Shown piece after piece: positions 12,366 to 25,800 of a DNA stretch of 64,000 bases (position 1 is its first letter; every line of letters starts with the position of its first letter). The translations under genes and the position numbers were made by a program. The stretch is from Octopus sinensis (Eukaryota): assembly GCF_006345805.1 (NCBI RefSeq), contig NC_043006.1, positions 24,552,001 through 24,616,000 on the forward strand. The letters are read 5' to 3'. Under the pieces are notes generated by a model, which saw only the letters and a program-made list of their open reading frames with translations, did not search any database and had not been told where the DNA came from.

Positions 12366-13539
12366 GGGTCATGCACAATTTATTTTGAAATGAAGTCACT
12401 ATGTCATGTACAGATGGATATGATGCATGTGCCTGGCGTACCCTTTTGAGACGGGTAGTCATGATGGGTATACTGGGCTTTGTATTTGTACCCCAGTGTC
12501 ACTTTGATGCCATCCATTGCTCTCTCTCAATAATAATAATAATAATAATAATAATAATCATAATCATAATTCTTTCAAATTCTGAGGGCATGGGACAAGT
12601 TGATTACATAAACTCCAATCCTTGACTGGTACTTTACTTTATCACCCCTGGAAGGATGAAAATGAAGTTGACAAAGGTGGTATTTGAACCCAAAATAGAA
12701 AGTATCAGGAAAAACACAAGAGATTTTGTCTGACACTAAATATTCTGTCATTTCACTATTGGTCTCTTTTGAAAAATAACAATAATTGACTTCAACTAAG
12801 TGGGTACAGTTGTGTGGTTAAGAAGTTTGCTTTACAATTACATAGTTAGTGGTTCAGTTCCCCTTCATAACACTTTGAACTCTCTTCTACCCTAGGGTGG
12901 TTTGCATTATACCTTATAAGTAATCTATCTATCTACCTAGGTCGTCCCTCAGGACGCCCCTAAGCAATGCTCATAGTAAATGTGTGTATGTGTGTGTGTG
13001 TTTTGTAAGATAAGAGGGTAATGCTGGATAGGTAAGGAGTAAGATGAAATAAAATAAAATAAAATAGAATACAATAAAATAAATAGGATAAGATACAATA
13101 AAATGGGGAAATGAAAGAGAATAAAAATAAGTAAAATGATAAAGAATACAATAAAGGTAGTAGAGTACAAGGAGGTTTAATTTTCTGTAATAGGTCAGTG
13201 GATATAATTTGTTTTTTTAAAGATCACAGATATAAAAGTTTTAAAAGCTGTAAAGGTTTTTTAAATTTTTCAAGTTTTGAAAGTTTAAGGATGTGTAAAA
13301 TGCTTGCAGATATAGAAGTAGGTATAAATTTAAAAAGGTAGATTGATTGATAGACAGATGGGGGAGGTGTGTGTGTGTGTGTGTTGTATCTAAGAGGATA
13401 CAGGCCACAATTTATAGAGAAAATCTATGAAATGCTAAGCAGATAAGCATAAGGACACCAGGAGAGGACCAGTCAATATCGAAGACCTCAGAGCTGCCTA
13501 CTATCAAATCATGGCACCATATGGACACACAGTAGCAGA

Positions 13540-14300
13540 ATCAGTACTGCAAACGACCTACAAACAGTGACAACAGCAACAACCACAGTGACAACACAAC
13601 TACTACAATAGCAATCACAGGGAGAACAACAGCAAAAGTGTTGACAGCGATAGCAATGACAAAAATTGAAATACCACCAGAGAGACTGGAACCATAAACA
13701 ACCAAAGGAGTAGCTGCATTAATGATCCACACAAAAAGAACAACAGAGAGAAGATCAACAGAAAGAAGAATAAACACTGGGTCTACATTGGCTTGCCCTA
13801 CTGTGTATGGAGAGACAGTGGAGAAAGAGCTTAAAAAAACAGCCTTAGGAGATCTGGCTTCCATGTCAGAATTCCAAGACAGGGCCACAAGCTCAAACAC
13901 CAACCACACATAAGATGCATGCTGCCTAGGCCAATGTCCAATCTGAACCAACGAACAGGGCCCAGCCATGTTTTGAATCCAACATGGTTTACCTTATGAT
14001 GCTTTCCTGCAAAGAAGCACACATTGGATCAACCAGGCGGAACCTTCACCTTAGAGTCAAGAAACATTTGTACAAGGCCACACTGCGATAGAATTTCACA
14101 TCCTGCATACTAGTGAGGAATGCAATTAGCCTCAGAATAACAGAGGCACACTTTGTTAGGGAGCAAGCTGGATGTAGAAAAACACTGCTGCCAGGATCTT
14201 TAATCGTCAAAGAGCAGAAAATATGAATTTAAAAGACAAAAGTTTGATGAAAAACCCTATGTTTCAAGGCGTGAACTAAATAAGCTACAACACCCAGCAA
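13540..14300 (+). mobile_element. Penelope-like element 3' part (GIY-YIG endonuclease remnant)
   Basis: WVYIGLPY..LRRSGFHVRI linker, then FESNMVYLMM.SCKEAHIGSTRRNLHLRVKKHL (VY..C..YIG.T.R.L..R..H GIY-YIG pattern). Confidence 0.7.
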
Positions 14301-14399
14301 CAAGGCTCACTCCAGCCACATGCCATATGCAGGGTAAAACTATCCTTCTATCTACCTACTGAACTATTTAGTAATCCACATATCAGTATCTCTACCTAT

Positions 14400-15792
14400 C
14401 AAACTATCTATCTACTACATATGTGGGAAACTCTGTCTGTGGGTGTGTTTGTTTGTGGAATTGTTAGCTAACTCCTCCTAAATCGTTTTATCAATTTTGA
14501 TGAAACTTGACACATGAGTAGAACTCATGTCTGGAAACCTCATGGTATACTCAGATTGTTGAAAAAGTTTGATAATAGGGTCCCTGGAATGGATCCTTAT
14601 ATATAACTAATATATATAATTTTAACAGCCAAGGGAAATAACCCATTTACTTTCCTATATTATTTGGTATAAATCAAATTGAGTATGCTTATTTCTTAGT
14701 ATTTGAACTGTTAAAGTTATTTTCGTAATTTATCCAGTACACCTTTAAATAAGTAAATAGTATTTTCCTAAACAATAAATCCACTTATTTAGGTTAGTGA
14801 CTTATTCACAAATGTACCATGAATGACAATGCCTTTCATGTCACTTCAGCCAATTGACACGCGCTGCATGAAGAACTGTTCTGCTTTTAGACAAATGCAT
14901 TGTCAACACAAAGGTCACACCCTATTTACATGTAGGAACACCTTCTCAAAATCTATCTGTAGATCTTGAAAATGCCCAGCGTGTATATTTCACAGAAGAC
15001 AATGCTTGAAACGTAGTTCTGAATCCATGAGGAACCACTTTGACAGCTTTCTTCAAATTATGCCAATGTAATTTGTTTGCCTGAAAATTGTTGTATGTAG
15101 AAGTCCCCATGTACTATACCTGGGCACACAATAGATGGAACAGACACAAGTAAGGCACACACTGAGAAGAAGATGCTATCTTCAGAAGTGGGGCCATCAA
15201 GAGGGTGTACACTAATCAGTAGGAGTGCTATTTTCTGCATCTACTACTACACACTGTCAGAGGTCCTACATCATTCACAGCCTTTCAAAGACACAATGGG
15301 AAGTCTGCATGACCTATAGAGAAGCCTGTGGCAAACAGGGACTACTGGAGGATGGTGCTCACTGGGACCAGACACAGGAGGAAGCAGCAGTCAGCATAAC
15401 ACTAAGTCAGCTGCGCCAGCTATTTTGTCATGTTGACGATATATGGTTTGCGTGCCTCACAAGCTTTGGGCAATTCACAAAACCAGCATGGCAGAGGACA
15501 TCTAGAAAGAATTCAAAGGAAAACCTCAGCAGAAATTGCCAAGTTCAATAACACCATTTACTTGACCTGGACACCCAAGTGCAAGGAGGTCAAGGCAATT
15601 CCACATTTGGTTATTATATAACTGACTTCACAATTTGGGTATTCATAACTTATTGAGAATTCTTAAAAACAAGATCCTGTAAATGCACAAAATCCGTTTT
15701 AAGAGCTACATACTTTGTTATTGGATTAGCAAAACAATTATGAGAACAGAACCAAGGGATAAGCCCTGCTTTTCCCGGGTACATCAGCTAAT
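14400..15792 (+). mobile_element. Internally deleted Helitron with RepHel fragment
   Basis: LENAQRVYFTEDNA; TTLTAFFKLCQ..LLYVEVP.YYTW; RVYT..ECYFLHLLLHTVRGPTSF; TYREACGKQGLLED.AHWDQT.EEAA; 3' end cccgggtacatcagctaat resembles a hairpin plus CTAG terminus. Confidence 0.8.
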
Positions 15793-15811
15793 CTATATGT
15801 GTGTGTGTGTG

Positions 15812-15847
<36 letters not shown>

Positions 15848-17269
15848 TATATATATATATATATATATATTCCAATCAATCTATCCATATGTTTGTCTAT
15901 CTAGCTCCTGACCCATTTATTTGTCTATCCATCGAGCTACCTATCTACTTTTATAGCTATTTTTGAAGATAAGTCTAACCAAAGTCAGTATATGAAAATA
16001 ACTGTTACAATGATAATGACAATAATAGCTATTGTGCATAAATATATCTGTGTGGAAAAGACTTTTGCTTTGCAATCAGCTGGTTCTAATTTTGATCCCT
16101 CTACCTTGGAAAAGCCTCTTCTGCAGCAATTTTTGATACACTAATACTTTGAGAGTGGAATTTAGTAGACAGAACTTGTGTGTGTGTGTATTCGGGCACG
16201 TGCACATATGTTAAATTTCTTGATGAAAATGAGTGGGGAAAAATTGGCGCTCTTCAACTGTGGAAGCTTGCCAAATTTCTTCTGAATTAAATTAGACGTT
16301 CCCTTGTTTCTCTTGCCACTTGAAATGCAGACACCCAGTGAAACAGTCATTGGAAACTGTAACTAATGACATTATTGGTAACAAATTATAATATAAAATG
16401 CAACAACATGAGTTTTCCAGGAGTGGCCAATAGCAGCAGCTATATAACAGCAATACAAAAGTAGTTTCAAAGTCAAGAGAAGAATGGTTTTAAACTGAGT
16501 TTTATTTGCGTATTATTGTTATAAAAAATATTATCTAATGAGTTACAATAACTTCGTAACTTCTCTAGTTTTTTTAATCGCTCCTCATTTTCATATTTAT
16601 TTAACATGTATTACTAATATGCTAATGCTCTTAAGTTAAAAAAACTTCATAACTTGTAATTCGTTACTTTCTCTAATAACTTCAAGAATTGTATCCCTTT
16701 AAATACTTGACATAATTCTCATGTGTTTTTATTGTTCTTTGCTTCACTATTGCCCTTTGCTGCTACTTCGATTTTCTTGTGGTGAAGCTAGCCATTTCTT
16801 GTTTGCGATGCACCTGCCCTTTCCTGCCCCACCACCAACACTGAAAATCCCTTCTCTCCTCTTATACAGGTAAGCTCTTCACTTATACTGATAACTCCCA
16901 CAGAGCTCTACCTCACATCTGCACCAGAAGACCTACATCTCTCCGTCCCTCCTTTCCAAACCATCTTCTCTCTCTCATTCTCTATCTCTCTTTATATATA
17001 GAATGGACTAATCTAACCAAATATCAGCCCATTTACTTACTTAATTTAGCATTGGTATATTTATATCTATATTTGCAGCAGCAGTAATACTTATATTTAC
17101 AATGCTTACCTTACTCTCACCCTCAGTAGGGGCAAGGATTTTAGCATGCTTGAATGACAATAGGTTAAAAATGAGAACAACTGTTGTGATATGTCTGTTA
17201 TCAAACGATCATGGAAATCTTTTCAGGTGCTGAATAACATCTCTCTTTCCCATGTTCCCTCCCACATGT

Positions 17270-18950
17270 CTTTCCAACTTTTCATATTTGGCACTGTAAA
17301 TGTTGGCACATTGACATGTAGGTCTAACAAGATTGTAGAGATGCTTGAATGGAGGTATTTTGGTGTATGTTGCATTCAAGAGGTAAGGTGGAGAGGAGCT
17401 TCAGTCGGATTCCTCACAGCTAAGAAACATAGGTACAAAATCTTCTGGGAAGGTAACAGTGAGGGACTAGGTGGTGTGGGCAGAGAAATGGGTAGAAAAG
17501 GTCATAGAGGTAGTCAGAGTGTGCAACAATATGCTTAAGCTCAGGCTAGATGTGCAGAATACAAGCTGCTGAGTTAATAAGATACACCACCCAAAGGCAG
17601 ACATGGATTATCTTTACCTTCCTAGAGCCCAAGGAGGTCATGGCTTAATCCATTTTGAACTTTCTTATAAAATCACCACAACTGGACTGGTCAAATACCT
17701 TGAAACAACTAATAACTGGATGCTAACACTTGTTCAAAATCACAACAGCTTCATACTGTCTTGAAGGAAAGCAAAACATTTGCTACTGACTTCATGTTTG
17801 ATACCAAGGCTGAACAGCCAGAGGGAAGTGCGGCAACTGTTGTTGCAAAGAAGGTGAAATTAAAGGCAAAGAAAAAAGTGCATGAACAATTGGCTGGTAA
17901 ATGGGAACATAAACCTCTGTATAGCAAATATGTGGCCCATAGCAACATATGTTGAACAGATATGAAGCTCAGGACTAAAGGTAGAGAGTGAAGGCTTCTT
18001 CTTAGCTGTTCAAAATCAAAGCTTATTGACCCAGAACTACCAAGCCAGTGTGATGAAAACTGGAGTAGTTCTAAAGTGTAGATTCTGCAACAATGAGATT
18101 AAAACAGTAGATCTCTGGATATAAAGTTTTAGTACCTGTAGAGTGTAAATCAAGACATGTCATAGCTGGCCAATATTTACACTGGTTAATATGTCAGCAT
18201 TATAATGCATCAAGCTGGCTGAATTATTACCACATCAAAATAAATGCTTTGCAGTATCTCTTCAGACTTTATGTTCTGAGTTCAAATACTGCCACGGTCA
18301 ACTTTGCCTTTCATCCTTTTAGGGTCAATAAAATAAGTAACACTTGAACACTGGGGCTAATGTAATCAGCAAGCATGTCGGACGGCAGATTGGTATCTTC
18401 CATAGTGTAAATGGGGGCCATGGAATTGGTTCCTGAAATGAAGCGGGAACAAGGCTACTGGAGTTTTATGATGCAAATAACCTTTTGATCAGCAACACAG
18501 CCAGCCACCTAATAACCTATCAATCACATGACTCTGCAGGCCAGATCGATTTCATTCTCACCAGACAGCAGGAAGCATGGGTTATGACAGCTGAGGACAT
18601 ACGTAGGCTTGAAAGAAATGAAGCCAGTATGCTTCGCTGGATGTGCAATGTTAGTGTGCATGTTTGACAGAGCGTAAGCATCTTGAGAGAAAAGTTAGGC
18701 AGCATAAGAGAACTAAGATGTGGTGTGCAAGAGAGACAACTGTGCTGGTATGGTCATGTGTTGAGTATGGATGAAGACAGCTAAGGAAGTGCTAATCTCG
18801 AACTGTGGAGGGAACCTACGGTAGAGGTAGACTCAGGAAGACATAGGACAAGGTAGTGAAGCATGATCTTCAAACTTTGAGCCTCACAGAAGCAATGACT
18901 TGTGACCGATACCTTTGGCAATGTGCTGTGCTTGAGAGGAACTATCAAGT
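17270..18950 (+). mobile_element. Broken RTE LINE (endonuclease start, internal deletion, C-terminus) interrupted by a copied segment
   Basis: GTVNVGTLTCRSNKIVEMLE..VCCIQEVRWRG (17270-17562); HVGRQ..GTRLLEFYDAN..QIDFILTRQQ joined directly to W.MTAEDIRRLERNEASMLRW (18369-18950). Confidence 0.85.
17563..18368 (+). repeat. Local direct duplication of 9891-10685
   Basis: Near-identical over about 800 bp, including the same LINE/SINE junction; copy 1 lacks a 12-nt stretch present in copy 2 (cctagagcccaaggaggtcatgg vs cctaggtcatgg). Confidence 0.95.
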
Positions 18951-20546
18951 CAAGTGCACCCCAGTTGGTGGCACATAAAGAACATCTGAACGTTGGGCCT
19001 CACAAAGACAAAGTGGCTGAGCTCCTTTCAAGTATTTGGCCTCATTGAGGCAAGGTGGCTGTGTTTTTTTTTCTTTGAATGTTGGGCCTCGTGGCAAAGT
19101 GGCCTCATGGCAAAGTGGCTGAGTTCCTTTCAAATGTTGGGCCTCACTGAGGCAATAACCAAGACCTTTGGCAACATGTTGCACTTGAGAAGAAGACTCA
19201 TCAAGCTGAGCAAAATCGCAGTCATGGCAGATACCAGTGTCATGCTAGTTGCACATAAACACACCCTGGTGTTACACAAATGGCACGTAAAAGTACCCAT
19301 TACACTCTTGGAGAGGTTGGTATTTGGAGGTGCATCCATCCATAGAAAACCATGCCAAATCAGGCTGGAGTCTGGGGCAGCCTTCCAGCATACCAGCCCA
19401 GTTAAACCATCCAACCCATGCCAGCATGAACAACAGGCGTTAAATGAAGATGATGGTGATCTTCATTTGAATAATGATGAAAAAGGTCCCAGTTACTGAA
19501 TTAAAACTTCCAAGATTTTAAGAGAAACAAAAGCAAAAGGCAGGAAGTTTAGGGATGCAATGAAAAATGCATCAACATATGAATTAAAAAAAAAGGTAAA
19601 AGAAAACAGAGACCACAATAAAAAAAATCTAATTGAATTAAAAGAGACATTAATATTGATATAAACTTATGAAGAAACATCAAGTGAAATGTTATTCACT
19701 TTTGTTAGAGAAAATTTTGTAAGTAAAATTTTGTATGATAAGCTAGTTTTGCTATAAGTTTTATTAACAAAGATTTCAGTTTACTGGTTTGTGATGCATC
19801 AGAAATGAAGATGAACAAATGGTCAATAATATTTAAATAGAATTTGGTAGAGTGAAAAGCATTAAATGTCTAAGTTGAGTTGTTAATAAGATTATAATCT
19901 TTCAGACTTTATGTTCACATTTATACCTTGTTGTAATTAGTCTGATCTCTAATCTTCTTTAGGTGTCTTATCCCTGGATACATTCACAGTACCAGACTGG
20001 ATTTGAACAAAGAACAATGGTTTCTAAATTAAGAGTAATAATGCTTTTATCCACTTGGCCAGTCTGGCACTATGGACACTCCCAGTAATATGACATGATC
20101 ATTATCATGATCATCATTATCATTATCATCATCATGGTGGTGATGATGATTGGAGATCAAATCAATTGAAATATGCTGAAAAAAAATTATTAAAAACATC
20201 TCCAAAACTGAGTTTAATGGACTGAAAAATTATAAATTAAAAAAAAAAAGTTTCCATGTAAACTGGTATGTCAGAAACCTCACAAGAAAGAAATATTCCT
20301 AGTTAATAAGTCCTTTAAATCCACCTACACACATAAGACTAAAAGGCATTGATATTTGTTTACAAAACATCTCAGAAAAAACAATATACCTCAGTTGGTG
20401 GAAAATTATTGATTAGAAATAAAAATGGAATTTATTTAAAAATTACCAAGTAAATTTTCAACGGCATAGGGAACAAGGAGCGATACAAAACAAACATCTG
20501 AGATTCCACTCAACTGAAAAATAGTCATTAACAAAAGACAACTCAC

Positions 20547-20600
20547 CACACAGCAACATGCAACAGGAACTTACCTAAAAAAAAAAACCATAAAAACTAT
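20547..20600 (-). promoter_or_regulatory. Candidate recursive splice site with 28-nt RS-exon
   Basis: Minus strand: tttttatggT11-AG|GTAAGT tcctgttgcatgttgctgtgtG|GTGAGT; acceptor AG at 20576-20575, second donor at 20546-20541. Confidence 0.6.
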
Positions 20601-21294
20601 AAAAATGCTTATTCAACAAACAAAAGTAAACATATTTACATAATTTCCAGGAATAAATATGATAAAGATTACTGTAATCTTTAGAAACAAAACTTCTACA
20701 ATTTCTCATTTAAAGACACAGAACCATTTATGTCATCTAAATCCAATCTGAATACAGAAGTTTTAGTTTTACCTTCTACAGAGTGCAAAACTACACTGAA
20801 TTGCAAAAGAAATGTGAGACATGTGTGACTGTGAAATATATTTAAATTTCATTATGTAAGAGATAAATTTTGATAAATCTAATAAAGTCAATTTCTTGGA
20901 TGCACTTTGACTACAGTCTATGGGTCGCTGTCATGTGTTCTGGTAGTGAGCGGATCCAACACATCGAGATTCTAGGGCGTGACACGTTCAATACCATATA
21001 TGCCCTCTCTGAGTGTTCAAAACAGCCATACACCGTCGGGATATGGAGTGCATAAGGTGGTTCACAAAAGCTACTGGCACCTGTTCCCACACCCTAAGGT
21101 AAGCTGCCTCATTTGTTGTAACATTTGCTGCTGCAATCCTTGTTGTTGTTCTCATTGTTCCTCGAGTTGTTGTTGCTGTTTTTGCAACTCAACTATCCCA
21201 GCTAACAAGTCTCCCATATTTTAGAACTTTCTTAAGATTTTTGTTTCTTTTTTGTTGAGGTATTTAATTTTCCCTGAGAATTATGGATGATATT

Positions 21295-23870
21295 TTTCAG
21301 ACGCAAGCACTCTCGTGGATTCCAGGGAGTGCATGGAGGGTATGGTTTTGGACCTAGAAATGAGGAGGGAACTAAACTGTGGGAGTTCTGCAATGCAAAT
21401 GATCTCATGATCTGCAACACTAACTTGAATAAACCAGCCAACCATTTAACTACTTATCAGTCTGGTGAGCACGTAAGTCAGTTTGCCTACCTTTTCACCA
21501 GGCAACAAGATAGATGGATGCTTAAAAATGCAAAGTCTTTTCCAGGTTAAAAGTATACAACCCAACACAGGTTATTAGTTAGTTACTTCAGAATTAGAGC
21601 TAGAAAGATTCGGAGAAGTAAACCAATCTGGAAAAGAAGACTATGGAAGCTCAAAGACCCAGCAGAGAAAAATTTAGATATTTACTTGTGGAAGCTTCTG
21701 ATGAAAGAGAGGAAGGGTTGGAGACATATAGCTTAGAGAATAACTGGAAGTTCTTGAGGGACAATCTACTGAGGGCTATGGACGAAATCTGTGGTTGGTG
21801 CAGAGTCCCAGCTAGATGAAGGGTGATATTTTAATGGAGCAAGGAGGTTGACAGTGTTATAAAAGCAAAAAGACAGGCCTGGAAAGACTGGAAAAACAGT
21901 AGAAGCAGAGAATTATATCAGGTAGCCAAAAGGCAGCTAGGCATCAGGTATATATAGCAAAAGGAGTAGCTGAAGGTAACAGAATTGCAAATGTCCTACA
22001 ACATGAGGATCAGAGGCATGAGGTGTTCAGGATTGCAAAGTAGTATATCAGAGAAAATAGAGATGTGGTAGGTGAGAAATGTGTGCAAATGGATAATGGT
22101 ATGCTTTCACTTAGTGACTCAGAGAAGAAAGATGCATGGAAGTGTCACTATGAAAGGTTACTGAATGTGGAAAATGAATGGGAGAAGGAGAGTTTACCAA
22201 ATATCAAACCAATTGAGGGAGAGGTGATAGTAGCATAATAGATAAGGCAGTTAAGGACATGAAGGCAGGGAAAGCTCCTGGGCCATCAAGAATCACTGCC
22301 AAGATGATTAAAATTTCTGGTTGCATAGGATACAGCTTAGTCCCCCGTATAGTTAATCAGGTTATTCAGGAAGGCACCATCCCCAGCGACTGGTGTAGTA
22401 GCATTATGGTTAGCTGCTACAAGGGCAAAGATGATGCCTTAGATGGAAACAACTACAAAGGTATTAAACTGCTAGACCAAGTCATGAAAATTACTGAGAA
22501 GGTCATAGCTCAATTGATTAGAAATAGAATTAAACTGGATGAAATGCAGTTTTGTTTTGTACCTGGAAAGAGTATCACAGATGCTATCTTCCTAGTGAGA
22601 CAGCTGCAGGAAAAGCACTTGGCCAAAAGTAAGCCATTGTAGTTAGCCTTCGTCAACCTGGAGAAAGCTTTTGACAGAGTTCCCTGCTCTGTTATATGGT
22701 GGTCTCTAAGGAAGTTAGGAGGAGAGGAGAGGCGTGTTAGTGTTGCCCAAGCCATGAATACAGTGATGAATTCAGTGTTCTGGTAGGGATTCACCAGGGC
22801 TCAGTTCTCAGCCCACTCTTATTCATTATAGTCCTCCAGGCTATAACAGAGGAATTCAAGACTTGGTGTCCATGGGAACTGCTATATGCTGATGACCTTG
22901 CTCTTATTACAGAATCTTTAACAAAGTGGAGAAGAAATCCCAGGTATGGAAACAAAACCTGGAATCAAAGGATAACTTTGCTAGGTTAACTTTAAGTTAA
23001 CCTAGCTAAGACAAAAGTGATTATTAGTAAGAAAGAAGATAAAACTTCCTTTCAGTCAAGCAAATGGCCTTGCTCCATATGTAGGAAAGGAGTTAGAAAA
23101 AATTCCATTTGCTGCACCCAGTGTAAACTATGGGTTTATAAGAAATGCAGTGGAATCACAAGGTAGATTAACAGATAAAGCAGTGTTTGTATGTGGCAGA
23201 TGTGCAGGAACAAAAAGCACTAAGAGCACACAGGATTTAGATTCTCTCAAATGCCTAGGAGACTCTCTTGAGGTTGTAGATAGTTTCTGTTACCTAGGTG
23301 ATCAAATTAGCAATGGTGGAGGATGCTCTGAAAGTATTGTTTCTAGAATAAGAATTGGGCGGAGGAAGTTCAGAGAACTATTACCTTTGATGGCAACAAA
23401 AGGACTCTCCCTCATAATGGAAGATAAACTATATGATGCTTGTGTATGAACGGCTATACGCCATGGTAATAAGACATGGGCTCTGAATGCAAAAGACATG
23501 CATAGACTGGAGAGAAATGAAGGTAGTATGCTCTGTTGGATGTGCAACATTTGTGCACATGTACAGCAAAGTGTAAATGTATTGAGAGAAAAGTTGGACA
23601 TAAGAGGAATCAAATGTAGCATACAAGAGAGAAGACTATGCAGGTTTGAACATGTGATGCATATGAATGAGGACAGATGCATAAAGAAGTGCTAATCACT
23701 AAAAGTGGATGGTACCTGTGGAAGATGGAGACCCAGGAAGGCATGGGATGAAGTGGTAAGGATCAATCTCAGGAAGTTGGGGTTCACAGAAGAAATGACA
23801 ATAGACCAAGATATCTGGCAATATGAAGTTCTTGAGAAGACCCGCTCATGTCAGGAAAACTGAGTTCTAG
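21295..23870 (+). mobile_element. Older decayed RTE LINE (EN, RT, PHD insert), sister subfamily of the 35433 element
   Basis: KAPGPSRITAKMIK; NNYKGIKLLDQVMK; AFVNLEKAFDRVP; GVHQGSVLSPLLFIIV; LLYADDL; WPCSICRKG..CTQCKLWV.KKC..CGRC; YLGD. Confidence 0.9.
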
Positions 23871-24299
23871 AAGCACTGTCCCACCCACACTTAACAAGAA
23901 AACTTCTCACACACTCTACCACAACAAACCAAACTACGTCTCTACATCTCTTCTCTTCCTCATATTTCTGCTTCATGTACTTTGATTACATCCCACTTCT
24001 TAATCCTATCCTCTTGACCCTGTACCACTGTATCATTGCTCTCCATTTGCCCCCCGACCTGTGTGTTCTACCCACATACCCTATCTCACTCTACCATCTA
24101 TCTGCTGTTCCACCCACATGTAACTCTTTCATACATTATGCCTGTCCTCACACCCCTGTTCCTCTGTATCATTGCTATCCGGTAGCCCCCCAACTCCATA
24201 CATACCTAGGTCTTTCGCCACTTCCTTCGCAATATCCTACCACTTGCCATTATGGCATTTGTCGTCTGGTGAGATAAAGTTTAGTTGAAGTTTGATCAT

Positions 24300-25800
24300 T
24301 GGTTGAAGTTTCTGTTATTTTAATTATTATTGTTTTGTGCTGCTTTGGCAGCAGTTTCAAGTTGTGCTTTCTCTCGATAAAGTCAAGAGATAGCTATGGC
24401 TAAAAGTTATTTTTATTCAGACCTTAGTGGTTCCAGATTCATGAGGATTTCTTTAATTCTTGTGAGGCAATCTTCAAACTTGCCTATGTGGTTTGGGGCA
24501 TCTGGTGGGCAATATGTATTGCATATGACTATATTCTGTTGTCTTATGTATACAATTAGAGTGTCACATACCAAATTTGAGTATGCCAGTAAGACCTGGG
24601 GTGTGAGGTCATCATGGATGTATACAGCAACTCCACCATGGCTCCTTTCCCTTCTGTCTGTTCGCAGTTTGGTACGTGTACTTCTGAGTCCTCTATATCA
24701 AGGCTGAGGTGAGTTTCCACGAGTGCTATGCATAGGGCTTGATTGCATGCAGTAAGATCTCTCAGGAAAGAAATTTTGTTATTTTGATGCAACAGACCCC
24801 CAATATTTAGTAAAAATATTGGGGTGACGGCTGTGCATGCATTAGGGGAGGCCACCCCGTGTCTGTTGACTGTGGTGGTTTTGCATAGTGGTGGGCAAGG
24901 TTCCTTCTTTGTGCTTGGTGTAGCCAGGTCAGCTGCTGGACAATCCTTTGCACCATGCACAAAAAAGACTCCTGCTTAGCTGCTGTGTTGCGCAGAACAT
25001 CTCAGGAGCATACTTCTTTTCTGAATGTTTTCCTGGGAGACAGTTCTTGTCTTTCCTCAGTAAAGCTTTTCCCTTTAAGGCCCCTGTAGTTCTGGCAGGG
25101 TGTCGGGTGGGAAAACTGGCAGTTTTTGCCATCCTCCCCATGCCAGCATTTGCCCTGCAGGTAAAATATACAGGTTCTTGGGTGCCTTCCAGATTTCTTC
25201 TTTCCTGTAGGGCTTTGGATGGTATTGGATCCTACATGGGATTTTCTGTTGTTTGTTTGGTGGGTTGGGGTTTCGGTTTTGGTTGTTTTGCCTTTTCCTT
25301 TTCCTTTCTTTCTTTATTTATTTTTGTTTTCCATCCTTCCTTTTTTCTTCTGTTTTTCTAATGGGGTGAGGTCTCCGTTCCTTTGTAGGACCACTGGCAC
25401 AGGGGGGCTTCCAGTTACTGCTCCCTAGGCTCCCCTATCCTTCTCTGCTTGGTCGTTCACCGGAGTAGGTGATCCATTTTCTTGAGGAACCTCTGGATTA
25501 CAGAGGCTTCCGGGTTTTGTTTCCTTTTCTTTTTCGTCTTCTCCATCCTTATTAGCCTTGCCACAATAATTTTTCATTATGTTATCCAAGGTGTTGATGT
25601 GTGGTCTTATAAGCATATAAGACCGGATAAATTCACTCTTCTTCTGCTCTATCTGGTCAATGGTTCTGTGAAAGCCATTGTTCTTTAGTACAGCAGTGAT
25701 GATGTTGTTTGGCAGATCGCCACTAGCAATCATCCATGCTCGTAGCAGAAGATTTAATTCTTTCTTCTCCCACTTTGGTGCCATCTTCGTTTTTTAAGCC
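24300..25800 (-). mobile_element. CR1-like LINE 5' half: ORF1 (Myb/SANT-like plus CCCH zinc finger) and AP endonuclease start
   Basis: ORF 25784-25425 W..KE..LLL.AW....GF.RT..QI..K; CIFYLQGKCWHGEDGKNCQFSH at about 25170-25105; EN LLNIGGL..ALVETHL..HGGVAVYIHDD. Confidence 0.75.

Noticed and set aside
14235-14290. ttgatga...gtgaac at the end of the Penelope fragment as a hammerhead
   Set aside because: Both core boxes are mutated and the stems are poor; too degenerate to call.
16845-16875. Plus-strand pyrimidine tract-CAG|GTAAGC
   Set aside because: Opposite strand to the two stronger sites, imperfect donor, and no downstream RS-exon donor. It shows such motifs can arise by chance, so it tempers the recursive-splicing claim.
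20900-21290. Gln-rich minus-strand peptide (MGDLLAGIVELQKQQQQ...) as a second gypsy gag start
   Set aside because: Only low-complexity similarity to the 8540 gag start; no downstream gag or pol motifs found.
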